A stretch of 48,875 nt of DNA, filler included, from Sphacelaria rigidula (Eukaryota), in assembly GCA_964200075.2 (NCBI GenBank). It is 3 parts of 3 records of this genome, joined end to end, with 100 filler letters (N's around TTAATTAATTAA, not from the genome) between each part and the next. Parts side by side here need not be neighbours in the genome. Positions count along the whole stretch, not along the records: positions 16,328 to 32,552 come from CAXNAA020001436.1; positions 32,653 to 48,875 come from CAXNAA020001437.1; 1 more part is not named here. One strand, given 5' to 3'. The notes beneath the pieces are model-generated. The model was not told the origin of the DNA. It ran no database searches and saw nothing but the letters and a program-made list of their open reading frames with translations. The translations under genes and the position numbers were made by a program. How positions within the stretch are numbered: position 1 is the stretch's first letter; each line of letters begins with the position of its first letter. Of the stretch, positions 23,411-35,443 are shown piece by piece.

Positions 23411-24655
23411 AAGGTGATGGCCTAGAAAAGGTGCACCTTCTCGTTTTTTGCCTGAGAAAGGTATGAAAAATGGCCAGGAACGCGAAAACATAACACGCCA
23501 TTTTGGCTGTTTTCGCTCCGAATGTTTCGCGTACATCATTCGAGAGGCCAGTGACACCCGAACCTCAAAACAAGAACGATAAAAACATGTTGCTCGAGAG
23601 ATATGACCATGCGAAAACGGAGGTGTCGCCTCCAGAAATCGCTCACCGTTTGTGGGCCAAATTTTGCCCAGGTTTACCTGATCCAGGGATTCTTCTTCAG
23701 TCGTACCTTATCTGGGCCACCGATCGACCAAGAACGTACCTGTGCTAGGCTATCGCTCTCTACACTGTACCTGATGCGGCACATCCCGCGCAAGGAAGTC
23801 TACGCGCCAACTCCAACCATGGCGCCCACACATTCGCCTCTTTTCCCGCTCATTTGCCGTTAACGGACGCCACAACGACCACGCCCATTTCTCCCGGGAA
23901 ATGGTTCCCGAAGTTTTGGCGATGATGTTCTGTCCCTATTTCTATATGCGTGACGGCCAGTACGGTATGTATCCGTTGCTTGTACCATTCATCGATGACG
24001 CGATAACCGCCCGTCGGTGACGGAAGAACCTAGTTTTACCATGACACCAGCCCCGAGATCCCAACGGTACGATGTTTCACAAACGTCGGGATCACAAAAG
24101 ACCGACGCGCGGTGAGTTGTGAGTCCAGTTATTGTGTCGATGCGCAGAAACTCGGGAACCATTTTTCCCGGGAGAAATGGGCGTGGTCGTTGTGGCGTCC
24201 GTTAACGGCAAATGAGCGGGAAAAGAGCTGGAGGTGTGGGCGCCATGGTTGGAGTTGGCGCGTAGACTTCCTTGCACGGGATGTGCCGCATCAGGTACAG
24301 TGTAAAGAGCGATGGCCTAGCACAGGTACGTTCTCGGTCGATCGGTGGCCCAGATACGGTACGATTGAAAAATAATCCCTAGATCAGATATACCTTGGCG
24401 CAATTTGGCCTCGAAAAGGTAGGCGATTTCTGGAGGCGACACCTCTGTTTTCGCGTGGCCATATCTCTCGAGCAACATGTTTTATCGTTCTTGTGTTGAG
24501 GCTCGGGTGTCATTGGCCTCTCGAATGATGTACGTGAAACATTCGGAGCGAAAACGGTCAAGATAGTGTGTTCTACTGCTCTCGCGTTCCTGGCCATTTT
24601 TCGTACCTTTCTTGAACAAAAAACGAGAAGGTGCACCTTTCCTAGGCCACCGCCC
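23411..24655. mobile_element. Foldback/MITE-like element with ~500-bp inverted arms, nested in the hAT-like element
   Basis: 23412-23915 is the reverse complement of ~24145-24655 (e.g. GGCCTAGAAAAGGTGCACCTTCTCGTTTTTTG vs CAAAAAACGAGAAGGTGCACCTTTCCTAGGCC). TTAA precedes the left end only. Confidence 0.85.
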
Positions 24656-25054
24656 AAATACTACCGTAACGTCGATGTTTCATTTGAAAATTCAACATCA
24701 CGTTCATTACGTGGACAAAAGGTTAACGTTGAGTTTCGTTACACGTAACGTTACATGAAACGTTTCAATGTCACGTGTAACGTCCAATGTAACGTTTCGT
24801 TGACACGTGTAACGCTCGAATGTAACGCTTCATTCTGCGCATGTGACTCATTTTACTTATGTTTGAGGCGTTGTGACGTGTCGTTTAGCGCATGATGTTA
24901 CCGTCTATGTGACGCTGACGGTGACCCGTCGTACGTTTGAGCGTAGGCGCATTATCTGACGGCGTAACGTTAGTTTCTCTACAGTGTATTGTTCATTCGT
25001 TTGACCGTAATATTTTCATATATCCTCTTGTGTTTTCATCTTGTTTTCAAGTTT

Positions 25055-25275
25055 CAATTTCCGAATGCTTGGTCATTCGTACGTGAACATGATTAAACCC
25101 TGGCTTGAGTCGTCCTGGCATTCCGCGGCGTATATCATGAGGTGGCCGCAACGGTCTCCCTTCGGCGTCAAGGCTCCGCAGATGACGTTTTTGCCGTTAG
25201 TCAGGACAGGCGAGAATTGGGTCAGATACTTTCACATCAGTGACGTTTACCCTCCTACGCGTGTTTTCGACAATT
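25055..25275 (-). pseudogene. Degenerate BED zinc finger (hAT transposase N-terminus)
   Basis: TSLM*KYLTQFSPVLTNGKNVICGALTPKGDRCGHLM, then after a frameshift HVRMTKH. Fits SxxWxY..C..C..H..H with W mutated to stop. Confidence 0.5.
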
Positions 25276-28200
25276 AACGTGTCGGCCACAGGGTATGCGA
25301 GTCTCGCATCAGATGCTGCAGCTGCGAGCAGCGGCCGAGATTTGCTGCAGGCTGGGGCACCCCTTAGTTGTGGCCTCGCCGATTCCCCTCCCTGGATCCA
25401 TGTCGTGTGTTGGTGCACGTGAACGTGTACGTTACACCCGGTCTCTCGATATGAACGTGGTGAAGATGATTATGATGTTCTGATGCAGTGCTGCGACGAT
25501 GACTTGGAATGTGAGGTGTGGTGCGAAGCGCGCGAACTTGCTGCACTAGTACCATACCTTGCCCGTGGTCATTCAAATTCACTCGTGTATATTGAAGCAC
25601 AATCTTCTAGGAACTTGAAATAAATTGCAAACTTGAAGTTTCACCGCTTGGTGTGAAGTGTTTATGGCGTTTCTTTACGTGAAACGTGTAACGTCTAATG
25701 CACAAGTAACGTTGAATAGACGTTACACCTTACTTCAAACGTTTCATATTACGTGATTCGACCGTTCGGAAAATTTAACGTTCACGTTACGTTACGTCAT
25801 ACACGTTTAGAAAAAAATAACGTTGCGTTAACGTTTCATCTAAAAATGTAACTTCATGTTCACGTTAGGTTCATCACGTAATTTGTTTTTTGACGTCCAC
25901 GTTACGTTTTGGCGAAAATGTAACGTGTAACGCTGTGGCACGTGTAACGTCCAGTCCTCTCATTATTTCAAGCTCCGACAAAGAAGAAAATATGTGAACA
26001 AGAAAGACCGACGGCAACCATTTTTACGCCGGAACAATTTACCATCCGTACACAAGTTGTTGTGATTCGTACATGTTTGGTTCGTGATTCGTGCGTCACA
26101 CCGTCGGAGGTACACGTTTCCTACCTCGTTCCACCCATGGTATTGTGCATAGGTGGTTCCTTGACGGTCACTATTTGGTGGAAAATTTCCCCTTTTATGT
26201 GGTGGTTCCCATTTCACCCTACCCTTCCATGAGCCACTTCGTACGTTGTCCCCACGAGAAGAGACTTCTGTTCGCCGGCTAGCGGTGAGGAGGTACACCG
26301 TGTTCCACACATATTCTGCGTGCCTAGAGCGATTCTTCGGACTATTTATTTCCCCGAGCTAAGCTATTGACGGCCTTTCTGCGCTTTCATGTTCTCTTCT
26401 TCGCGTGAATTTTCGGAAATACTACCGCAGCGCCCAGTGCATCGAGCGGGCAGTGCAGCACAGTATAGTACAGCATAGTAGTGTGCTATATGTACAGCGA
26501 ACGATGGACTAACTGTAGTACGAAGTTTCCATTCATTCGGCATGGACAATAGGTGCGTACTTCTTCCGTTTCACTCATGCAGCATGAATCACATGTACAT
26601 GTTTTCCACCTTGCGTTCGTGAAGCATCGATGGTGGGTGAATGTCCCTAACCACCCGTTCATACGAGGTGAATCGAGCGTACATGTTACCCTATTTCCAT
26701 TCATGGAGCATTAGACGTATATGCTCTCCGTTTTCATTCATACAGACTGATCAATTGTACATGTTTCCCACCAATTCCGATTTCACAAAGTGACGGTGGT
26801 TTCTGCTGCGGGTAAAAATTCGAGTAACCGATTTTCTGCGACTCTGTGTCTGCGACTTGATTTCTGCGACTTGATTTCTGCGACCCGATTCTTGCGATAT
26901 TTTTTTGCTAGATTTTTGCACTCTATAACCCCTTTTAATCTCGGTTTTTTGGGGGATAACTTCGTCAGACAGACACCAAACGCATCCTGGTCCAAGGGGC
27001 ACCTGGACACACAGCAGTTGCCGCTGCTTACCTAGTATGATCCTCCAAATCGAAGTCTTGAGTGAGAACCCTCAGCGTTTGGTGCCCATGTACAAGGAAG
27101 GGTGATCACCTAATATCATGCACTCCAAAACTTACCTGACAAGGGGGGCAACACCCCCGTACAGGCAGAAGCAATGCTAGTGGATCCTACGTCTTCGCAG
27201 TCTGTGATAGTCTGGCAGCCGTCAAGGTGGTTATGGTAGGGTCCTTCTGGCAGTATCAACTTAACAGTGCACTGGAGCAGGGTTTGTAGGTGAATATTTC
27301 GGCGATTGCCTCACCTGAGTTCGCCCAGATGTTCCGGATTTTCTCTCGATATCACCGAGTAACATGACATACATGTACAGGTGGGGATGTACCCGACCCT
27401 ACGTTACATTACAAGTCAAGATGTACCGGCCCCTGCATTTTATAGGGAAATGTACCCAACCGTAGACAAAAGATTTCTACAGTAAGTACGAACACGTTGT
27501 TGAAAGTGTACTGCGCAAAGTCAGCGAGTTGTGTGTACTGTCGTCCCATCTATTCTGGACGCCGGTCTCCACCTTTCGGTATAGGTGGGCGCACCAGCCG
27601 CGGCTGTGTTACCATACAGGTTCGCTCAAGATACAGGCAGCCATTACAGCGGCGGAGGTGGCCTTTCACTCCTGCGTGCGCCACCTGGGGCAAACGCACG
27701 CTGTAGCTGCAACATTGACAGCTTCACAAAATGTGAAGTAGCAGTATAGCGCGTAGCGAGGCGTGATATCCTGCGTAGACGTTGACCGCGATACAAACAA
27801 CTGCATACATGATGTGGCGAACTGCATTGGGCAACGCAAAATCAATGCAGGACAGAGATAGGCTAAGGGTGTCACGTCCTGTGGTGTGCTTTGTCACGCT
27901 GCACTCTGCCGCTGTGCAGTGAGCAGGTAGTACCGCCGAACGCGTCACGCTGCGGTTGGTACGCAGTGTTGACTTGACACCTACAGGGTAACTAACCTCT
28001 GCATTGAATTGAATAGAACATCCTGAATTAGATGCAACGCGCGCATCGCGTTATTTTCGAGTAGCACGCGCGCTATTCATTGCGCGTGCGCGATTTTTTG
28101 TTACCGACATCGTGCCAGCGCGCTTGTGCACTACAGCGTTCTACTCCCCTGTGGCAGCCCGTCACGGTATTGCTCCTCATGTTTCATCACGATTTATTCG

Positions 28201-29439
28201 AAAACACGCAGAAGCGATGCTGCGAGTCCATCGTTGTTGCACTTGGAGGTGTGCTGAACCAGTTTTTTTCGATCTAGTACGGCCGATGCGGCGTGTTGAA
28301 CCATATCAGTATACCGTACCAGTTCAAAAACGGATATGCATGATATCAACGCCACCGACATACTCTGGTTATCATGAAGTGTGGACTGTATACCGTACAA
28401 GGCGCGGGAAGCGTAGTTCTTGTCAAGGAATGCAAGGACGCAACCATACTGCAGTACAGACGGTTTTTATTATTAGCATGAAACACGTGATTCGAACGAA
28501 ACACAAGACAAAGCATTTATATGATGATACCTGAGCGTTTTGGCACTGAAGCGAGTCCACCAGTCCCTTCACTACCTCCCGTCAGGAGATGGATGCCACG
28601 TGTAAATACAAGATGAGTTACGGGCAGACCTTCATTTTAGAGTTCAAGGGCCCAGCCGAGACCACTCCGATTTCACCGCAGAAATCCGAGATCGCAACGT
28701 CACAAACACCGAAATAAAACGAAATTGGAAGCGCCCTGGACACAGGGTAATATATGATTAATACAGGAATCGTGATTCGGACATATTTTGCACACTTGAT
28801 TCATGTGACGCTACTTGGAGAGTACACATTCCCAGTTCGTGGTTCGAGCGGTGCAACCTTGAACGTACAATTTCGCCATCCGTGATACCCATCTGATGAC
28901 TCTTTGGTCCATGATTTGCATTTGACATTTATGGGGAGTCGACTCCGTATGAACTCTGATTCGTCCGAACCATGCAGAATTTGGGCATGAGCTCTCATCC
29001 AGGAGCCGCATGGATGCAAAACACAAACACTGCTATCGCGTTATACTGTAGGTTGGGGGGGGGAGGGAGAGAGATGAAGGGAAAAAGAGACCAGAGAAGA
29101 TGAATACGGAAACGTTGGAACCCAAGGACAACGTAGAACATGTACGGGAGAATAACGAGGAACACGGCAAGGCCACACGCAAAGGGAGGAGTCAACAACC
29201 GACAAGAAACGGCAGGGTTAGAAGCGTTCGTCTTACCCCCCCCTCACTCATTCCTAATAAGGTATCTAAGCGAACCATTCTCTCGACCACATGGGACAAT
29301 GTTTGACCGCTACCGGTGCATATGCTTGTTGGCCTGTCTGTTCGTCTGTTTGTTTTTGGCCTTGCCAGTACTTTTGAACCCTTCCCCTCCACCCTTGACG
29401 AGGCGGACGCTGAGGACGCGATATAACCCACCGGCGTAG

Positions 29440-29536
29440 GGATGGCGTCCATCTAGAGGTGAAGAAGCTAGGAATAGAAGAGAGTACAGTCATGGAGGCA
29501 GTCAAGAGAGTTGCCAAAAGGGCTCTAAACGCAATG
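29440..29536 (+). CDS. Possible upstream exon of the GTPBP2-like gene (DGVHLEVKKLGIEESTVMEAVKRVAKRALNAM)
   Basis: CGTAG| acceptor and ATG|GTAGAC donor; phase 0 joins the TCTAAG| acceptor at 30321. The exon upstream of it was not identified. Confidence 0.4.
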
Positions 29537-30320
29537 GTAGACTTCCACGTTTTCAGACATGATATCACGTGACCCTCAATCAGCCATGTCTATAACAAAC
29601 AGTCGCAGGCGCGACAATCCTGAAGATCACCAGGGTTCAGTGGAATCGTTTTTCTATCGACTTTCGGGTCCTAGCGCCATGTCCGTGTTGTCTGTCCATC
29701 ACAACCAATCCCCACAAACCCCTACCCCCCTACCGCCCCCTTCCGCTTTTTTCGTCCGCGTTTATAAAATTCGCGTCCTTATGGCTACCACTACTATCGG
29801 CTTCTTGAAACCGTTCGTTCACAGAAGTAGGGAGCAGAGACGGTTTCTGCGTGCGGTTTGGAAGATATACCGTGAGCAGTCTTTGGCCCTGAAAGAATGG
29901 CTAAGGAGTGCGGGTGGGTATCACAAGAGGCCAGAAACACAGGCCCGCTCGACTTTCGGTTACACCAACAACAACGTACATTAAGACGGAGATTGAGGAG
30001 AGCAGCGAGAACAGCAAGAGCGGTGACGGCACAGCTGCAACAGTGCACGTTTTAATAGTAGGGTCTACAACTGGTCGAGGGAAATATACCGGTAACTGTC
30101 TGCGGTGCAGCGGTACTCGATAAAGCGGTGGAAGGGGGGAGAGAATAGAGGACGGAGGATTTGAGTCACCGAAGCGGCTTGCCACGGGTTCGATTTTTAG
30201 TGAAAACGTACGATTGTACCGAGAGGAAGAGAGGCCAAAGGGACGGGAAAGATCGTCCAAAGGGGGCATCCTCAAACAGGTTGCGTGTTTCACAAAGATA
30301 TCACTTTTGCGTTCTCTAAG

Positions 30321-31298
30321 GACGCACCGGGCACGCTTCACAAAAGATTCGAAGTACACGGTGGCGACGTCATGGCAAAGCTAGACGCCTTCGATGGAAA
30401 GCATGCGGACATCCCCCCCGCTGTCGCGGGGGCGCCACTGACGAGCACGGGAATCGACGTCGACAGCGACATGAATGGTGGGATCGACCCTCAATCGCAC
30501 CCGACACCCCTCCCCGCGCCGGGACAGCAACAGCAGCCGATGGCCACGCCTCTTGGCTCCATAGACACTGCCGTACCTGTGGTTACTACGGCTACGGCTA
30601 CGTCCACAGAGAGCAGTGTCTCCACCCACGGCGGTGCAGCGACGGCGGCGGCAGCTGCAAAGCCGATGGAGACACCGCCCGAGTCAGCACAGGACCGCGC
30701 TGGTGGAGTGCCGTCGAGGATAAACGTGAGCGGCATCAGCAACGGCGTATCAGTATTGCCGGCCGGGGGCAGCGCGGCAGGCGGAGCCATGTCAACTTCT
30801 AGGGGTGGAGCGAGAAAACGACGGGCAGCGGCTGCTGCCGCCGCTGCCGCCGCCGCCTTGAGGATCGCTGAGGAGCCCTCCGGGAATTCTACTTCAGCAG
30901 CAGTGGTGGCGGCATCACCGTCAGCAGCGGTGGCAGTAGCTGGTGACACGGCGGCGGCGAAAACCCCAGCCAAGAAGAAAAACGCGCCGGGAACGGGCAG
31001 GGGACACCGACGCCGAAGCGCTGCCAGGGAGGCGCGGCGCATCTTGCAAAAGGAGGCAGCGCAGGCGCGAGAGGACAAAGCTCGCGCGGCGGAGGCGGCG
31101 GCGAAGGCGGAGGTTGCGGCGGCTGGTGGGGGTGAAGACGCGGCGACGGGACTTGTCGGTGGGGTGGGGGTGGGAGGAGTGAAGGTGGAGGAGGGGCCTG
31201 CCGAGGACGTGTGCGAGGAGGACGACGAGGGGAACGTGGAGTACAAGCTTAAGCTTGTGGATCCTCCGCTTGATCGTCTAGAGCACCTGGTCACGCAG
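30321..31298 (+). CDS. GTPBP2: GTP-binding protein 2-like (GTPBP1/2 family), large exon with Ala-rich extension and conserved N-terminal motif
   Basis: Ends EEDDEGNVEYKLKLVDPPLDRLEHLVTQ|GTGTGT, matching GTPBP2 GNIEYKLKLVNP..RFEHLVTQ. The 5' boundary is either the acceptor at 30321 or the ATG at 30372. Confidence 0.85.
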
Positions 31299-31729
31299 GT
31301 GTGTTTGGGGTGTTGCGGCGGCAGTACGAATTTTGCTAGAGCTTGCGTGAAATGATGATGGATACATGTTGCTTTTTTTGTGTGAGCTTATGTAGTGGTT
31401 TGCAGCCGTTGACAACTTCACGCAGGATACTGCGAAGAGATTTCTCGTGCAGTTGCTTCTGTGGGATGTTTGCACGTGAGCAACGTTTTTTTGTGAGCGA
31501 GTCGGTGCTTTTCTGGACGTGCTCAACACCCTCCAACGATAACGTGCGACCGATCCCTTACCGAACTGGCCGCACAATGCCACGCTTCGTTCGCAGGGTG
31601 TGGGACAAACCGAAGGCACTACGACACGCCCTCTGTTACATACTTGGAGGTTTATATTACACCCGAGGCATGTTTTCATGACTCCCCAATACGTCCTTAT
31701 TTATAGCCTGATACTCGCCATCCTGGCAG

Positions 31730-31891
31730 ATGAACTGGAGGCTGAACGAGGGAAAAGGCGAGTGCATGTACATGCTAGGATACGCCGACGATGGCAGGGC
31801 AACAGGCGTATTATCCTGGGAGCTAAGCGCGTCGATCAAGACCCTCAGGCTCATGGCGGCGGCCGTTGGAGCCAAGATCACGAACATACAG
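31730..31891 (+). CDS. GTPBP2: GTPBP2-like next exon (MNWRLNEGKGECMYMLGYADDG...ITNIQ); GTPase-domain exons not found in the window
   Basis: GGCAG| acceptor, CAG|GTTAGA donor, 54 codons; continues the GTPBP2 MKWRLQEGRGEAVYQIGVEDNG motif. Confidence 0.9.
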
Positions 31892-32552
31892 GTTAGACAC
31901 TGCTCGGTTTGACGCCACAGCGACTGGATGGTGCATTACCCGTGGACTGAAATTGCGTTTTGAGCATTACCTTGGTAATCTAAGTCGTTACGACCGGTGT
32001 TACAACTCAACCCTTTGGACTCCATGCCGATTCCCCCGAGCATGCTAACACGACACTTCTGCAGGTTGCTATATTTGGGGGGGGGGGCGGGGAAGTGGAG
32101 GGAGATTATGTGGAGAACAACGAGAGGAGGCGCAAAATTGTCCTTGCCGGATAATGACTCATTTGGTAGGCGTAGGTGGACGCCAGTTTGACATGGTTTC
32201 CGGTAGGATTTCCTTGAAAACCTATCCTTTCGATCACTCGATAGTTATAGTCAATTGACTTACAGCAGCCCGGTGCCACGATTCATGGAGCGGGTGTCGT
32301 GGGGTGTACTTGGTAGAATCATCATGTTACTGGATGAGTGTCAGTACGTCTGGTTGCATCCATCATATCTCCGTCTCCCGGTACGCTTGCTGTAAATACG
32401 TAGTTGTTCGTGTTTTGGGATGTCGCCTCCCGTTCCATGTGGGCGTTCTTGTTCAACCAAAATTTTCCGAAGCCCCCCCCACCCCCCCCCCACCTCCGCG
32501 CACCCGACACCTAACTGGCGACCTGCGCGCGAACAGGGGGACGCGTACGGTC

Positions 32553-32652
32553 NNNNNNNNNNNNNNNNNNNNNNNNNNNNNNNNNNNNNNNNNNNNTTAA
32601 TTAATTAANNNNNNNNNNNNNNNNNNNNNNNNNNNNNNNNNNNNNNNNNNNN
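32553..32652. other. Artificial contig-join spacer N44-TTAATTAATTAA-N44
   Basis: Same structure as 16228-16327. Confidence 0.95.
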
Positions 32653-33027
32653 GCATTTTTATGAAGAAAAAAAAAGAAAAAAGAAAAAAAGAAAAGGAGG
32701 GAAAAGGGGGGGGGGGGGGGGGGGGGGGGGGGGAGGGGATAGCTACGTGAGCGAACTCTGTCGCATGACGAGGGACACTTTCCACGTAATCTAGTGAAAA
32801 AGGTTCGTTCATACTGACACCCAAAATAGGCAGGATCAATACGGGTGCGGAGATCTGTTGTGGCAAAGACAAAAGGACAGAACAATGCGGACACGAAACC
32901 TCAAAATCTTTGGAAAAAAGGAAAGAAATGAAGAGAATCCGTCGAAAAAAAAGCAGGTGGAACAGTTTTGAAAGATATGTTTCCTTGTTTTTCTCACTTC
33001 TATTTCATGCCAGTTTCAATTTTTTTC

Positions 33028-33660
33028 AGGGTACCTATGGCTCTACGGACGACAACCGCCAGACATTCGGAATTGACCGCGCCCTATGGACCTCAGCAGC
33101 AAATAAGGAGGGGGGGTTGCCGTGGCACGCGGGAGTGCTGCAGGGAGCGGAGAGGTTCATGACCTCATCGCACAGAAATGAAGAAGGGACCAGCCGACTG
33201 CGTACGATTAGACGGGAGACCAACGAAGCCCAAATAGCACAGCAATGACGACGGTCCAGAGAAGGGGGGGTTGGGGGATGAACCCCCTCGATGAGGGGTG
33301 TCGTTATGTCATGCAGTGCTTGTCTTGATACACCTGGTATGCTTGTACGTATGGCTGTCCCTCGAGAGGCCTAAAGATGGAACCTTGCGATTCTTAGTTC
33401 TTTCGTTGGCGGTACTTGGGGCCTTGAGTCTTGCCCGTAGTCGGACCCTGTGTTCATTCCTACTTGGCGTCGCGAGTCGAGTTGGGAAACCGGGTGCCAC
33501 CCCCTGGAGTCCGAGTGGCCACCCGATGCACCGATTCTTCTGAGGTTAGCCATATGTACTATATTTCTTCTCTATTATTTTCTATCCCTGTTTCGCTTGT
33601 AGCGCGTTTTGTAAGTTGTAATCTGGGTCAATTTTTGTTCTCTTGCTTTTTTGCTAGCCT
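33028..33660 (+). mobile_element. 5'-truncated non-LTR retrotransposon (RTE-like LINE) 3' end
   Basis: Reads FGIDRALWTSAANKEGGLPWHAGVLQGAERFMTSSHRNEEGTSRLR, resembling the C-terminus of RTE-type LINE ORFs as I recall them from brown algae; followed by a T-rich UTR-like stretch. Confidence 0.5.
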
Positions 33661-35229
33661 GTGACCACGGAAGGCGTCCGCATCAGATGCCCAGTACGAA
33701 TGCACCGCGCAGATATCGGAACGGTTTCTAATGTGAAGACAACAACAACCTACATCATCAATCGAAAGGTTTCGAAGTATCCCTTCTCCTTCATTCACAT
33801 GACACCCGAGTGTGACCACATCATGACCATGCTGAGTTTTCATGTTCTGCAACGTACACGGCATGAGCTGAAAAAAACTTTCTTCGCGTTCATACAAAGT
33901 CGATTGCGGTTTTATTCCAAAATACCAACTCGAGATTTTCGAAGTGTAGCGAGCGAAAAACCTGGAGAAGCAGGAGCACAAAGAAAAAAAAACTTTGGAA
34001 AACAACATATCACAAACTGCATCAAAAATAAGTCGAGAGGGTTCAACTCTGTGAGCGTAAACCATCCAAAATATTCCGAAAATTCGGGGGGGGTCGACAC
34101 TCCCGTCCGCAATATTGTTGATATATATATATATTGGAAAACGACCCACTGCGAAGGCGTAGCGTGGGCGCTCTAGCCGTGGATATGGACACCCTATACA
34201 GGAGTTTCGATTGAGTTCTCTCCCACCCGGCTGCCCGAACCCATGGGTGAACATACTTGGTTATAGTGTAAAGCATAATATTCAGATTCTTAAAGGGTTT
34301 ACAGTTCCAAGGATACGCCAGCGTGTTTGCCCCGCGTTTCGGCTTAGATCGGCGCCGCAGGCGCGAATTCGAGATTTCGCCAACACACACCTTGCCTGGG
34401 AAACACTGTGTATATCCCCCTGCCTGACGGTTCTCGGTGTGCCTTGGGGTGAGGTTAGAGGTAGGGTATCATTCGTAGCGGTATGGGTATGACAAAAACA
34501 ACGAATGGTCAGCCTCGGAGTTGGCGAGCCGAATTGAAGGGAACTCCTCTCGTTTCAGTATCGAAAACAAATAACTTTTTCTGTAGCCAATAGGATGAAC
34601 CAGCAACTATTGCGGAGTTCTCCGCCGGTTGAAAAGCAAGGCGTTGTTTATTATTTACCACGTATCCGAAGTTTTACGCGTGTCTTCTTCGCATGCCTAG
34701 ATTCTTAAACCGGTCCAAATGTCATCATCCATGATTCTCCACTCTTGCTATCTGGTATTCAGATATGCGGTCATGCAAAATTTCATATTTGCCGTCTGAT
34801 TCCAAGATGCGTGAGACATACCCCCGGTTCAGAGACGGTCATGTGAGGTGCTTACCTCGCCGTACGCTTCCAATATATTCATGCCGTACTCGTGCGTCGT
34901 TCAGATATGGATGGAAGAATTGCCTCGTAGGTGAAAAACCTCGGGGGAAAGCCCATTCAAATGCAACGTCCAACTAACGACTCGGGAGCTGCTGAAGAGA
35001 TTTGAGGGGGTGATATACAACGTCCATGTAATTATACACCATGTTTTGACTCCGTGACCGCCGGGGTGGGTGATCAGTGCTCCGTCTCGAAAGGGATGCG
35101 CAGACAATGGTCACACGACTAAGGCAAGCAACAAATGAGTACGCCCCCCCCCCACTCATTCTTCAAGTGAAAAGGACGGCGATTCAACAACGAATGTTGA
35201 CGGTGATAATCACAAAAAATAGTTCTTAC

Positions 35230-35443
35230 CTGTGGTGCCGGCAGCAACGTAGGTGTATGCAGGCTTTGCCATCGCCAGCATGCGAGAGCCGAAGTGGTTG
35301 ACATCAAAGCCGTGTAACCGCAGCTCCAGGGGCACCGGCCTAACGTCGGGCCGGAAGCTGACGAGAGAGTGCGCAGTTGCACCGATCCAGTCCCCGACGT
35401 CCTTAGCGTTGGCCAGAGATGCCGACAGTCCCACGATCCGGCA
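35230..35443 (-). CDS. BRR2: BRR2 exon ([21 protein letters not shown]...RPVPLE...MAKPAY)
   Basis: Motif III region; AAAAG| acceptor, G|GTAAGA donor. Confidence 0.93.

Larger units (their letters stand above)
23352..25959 (-). mobile_element. Non-autonomous hAT-like element with GTAACGT/ACGTTAC subterminal repeats and a BED zinc-finger remnant
   Basis: CAGGG..ACGTTACACG left end, inverted relative to CGTGTAACGTCCAGTCCT right end. Dense ACGTTAC repeats at 23360-23400, 24665-24830 and 25680-25950. No clean TSD. Confidence 0.55.

Noticed and set aside
26200-26260. Chromodomain-like remnant (YEV..WKG..WEP) on the minus strand
   Set aside because: It needs a frameshift, is very short, and no other Gypsy domains were recognised nearby.
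16328-29400. Endogenous giant-virus/Polinton insertion
   Set aside because: No long intronless ORFs or hallmark genes (capsid, DNA polymerase B, packaging ATPase, integrase) were recognised.
29100-30300. ORFs 29100..29306, 29559..29984 and 29908..30123 as GTPBP2 5' exons
   Set aside because: No phase-consistent splice path or recognisable homology could be established for them.
30491-31294. 267-aa minus-strand ORF (likewise 1992..2606, 7322..7816, 10950..11612)
   Set aside because: These are antisense shadows of GC-rich real exons.
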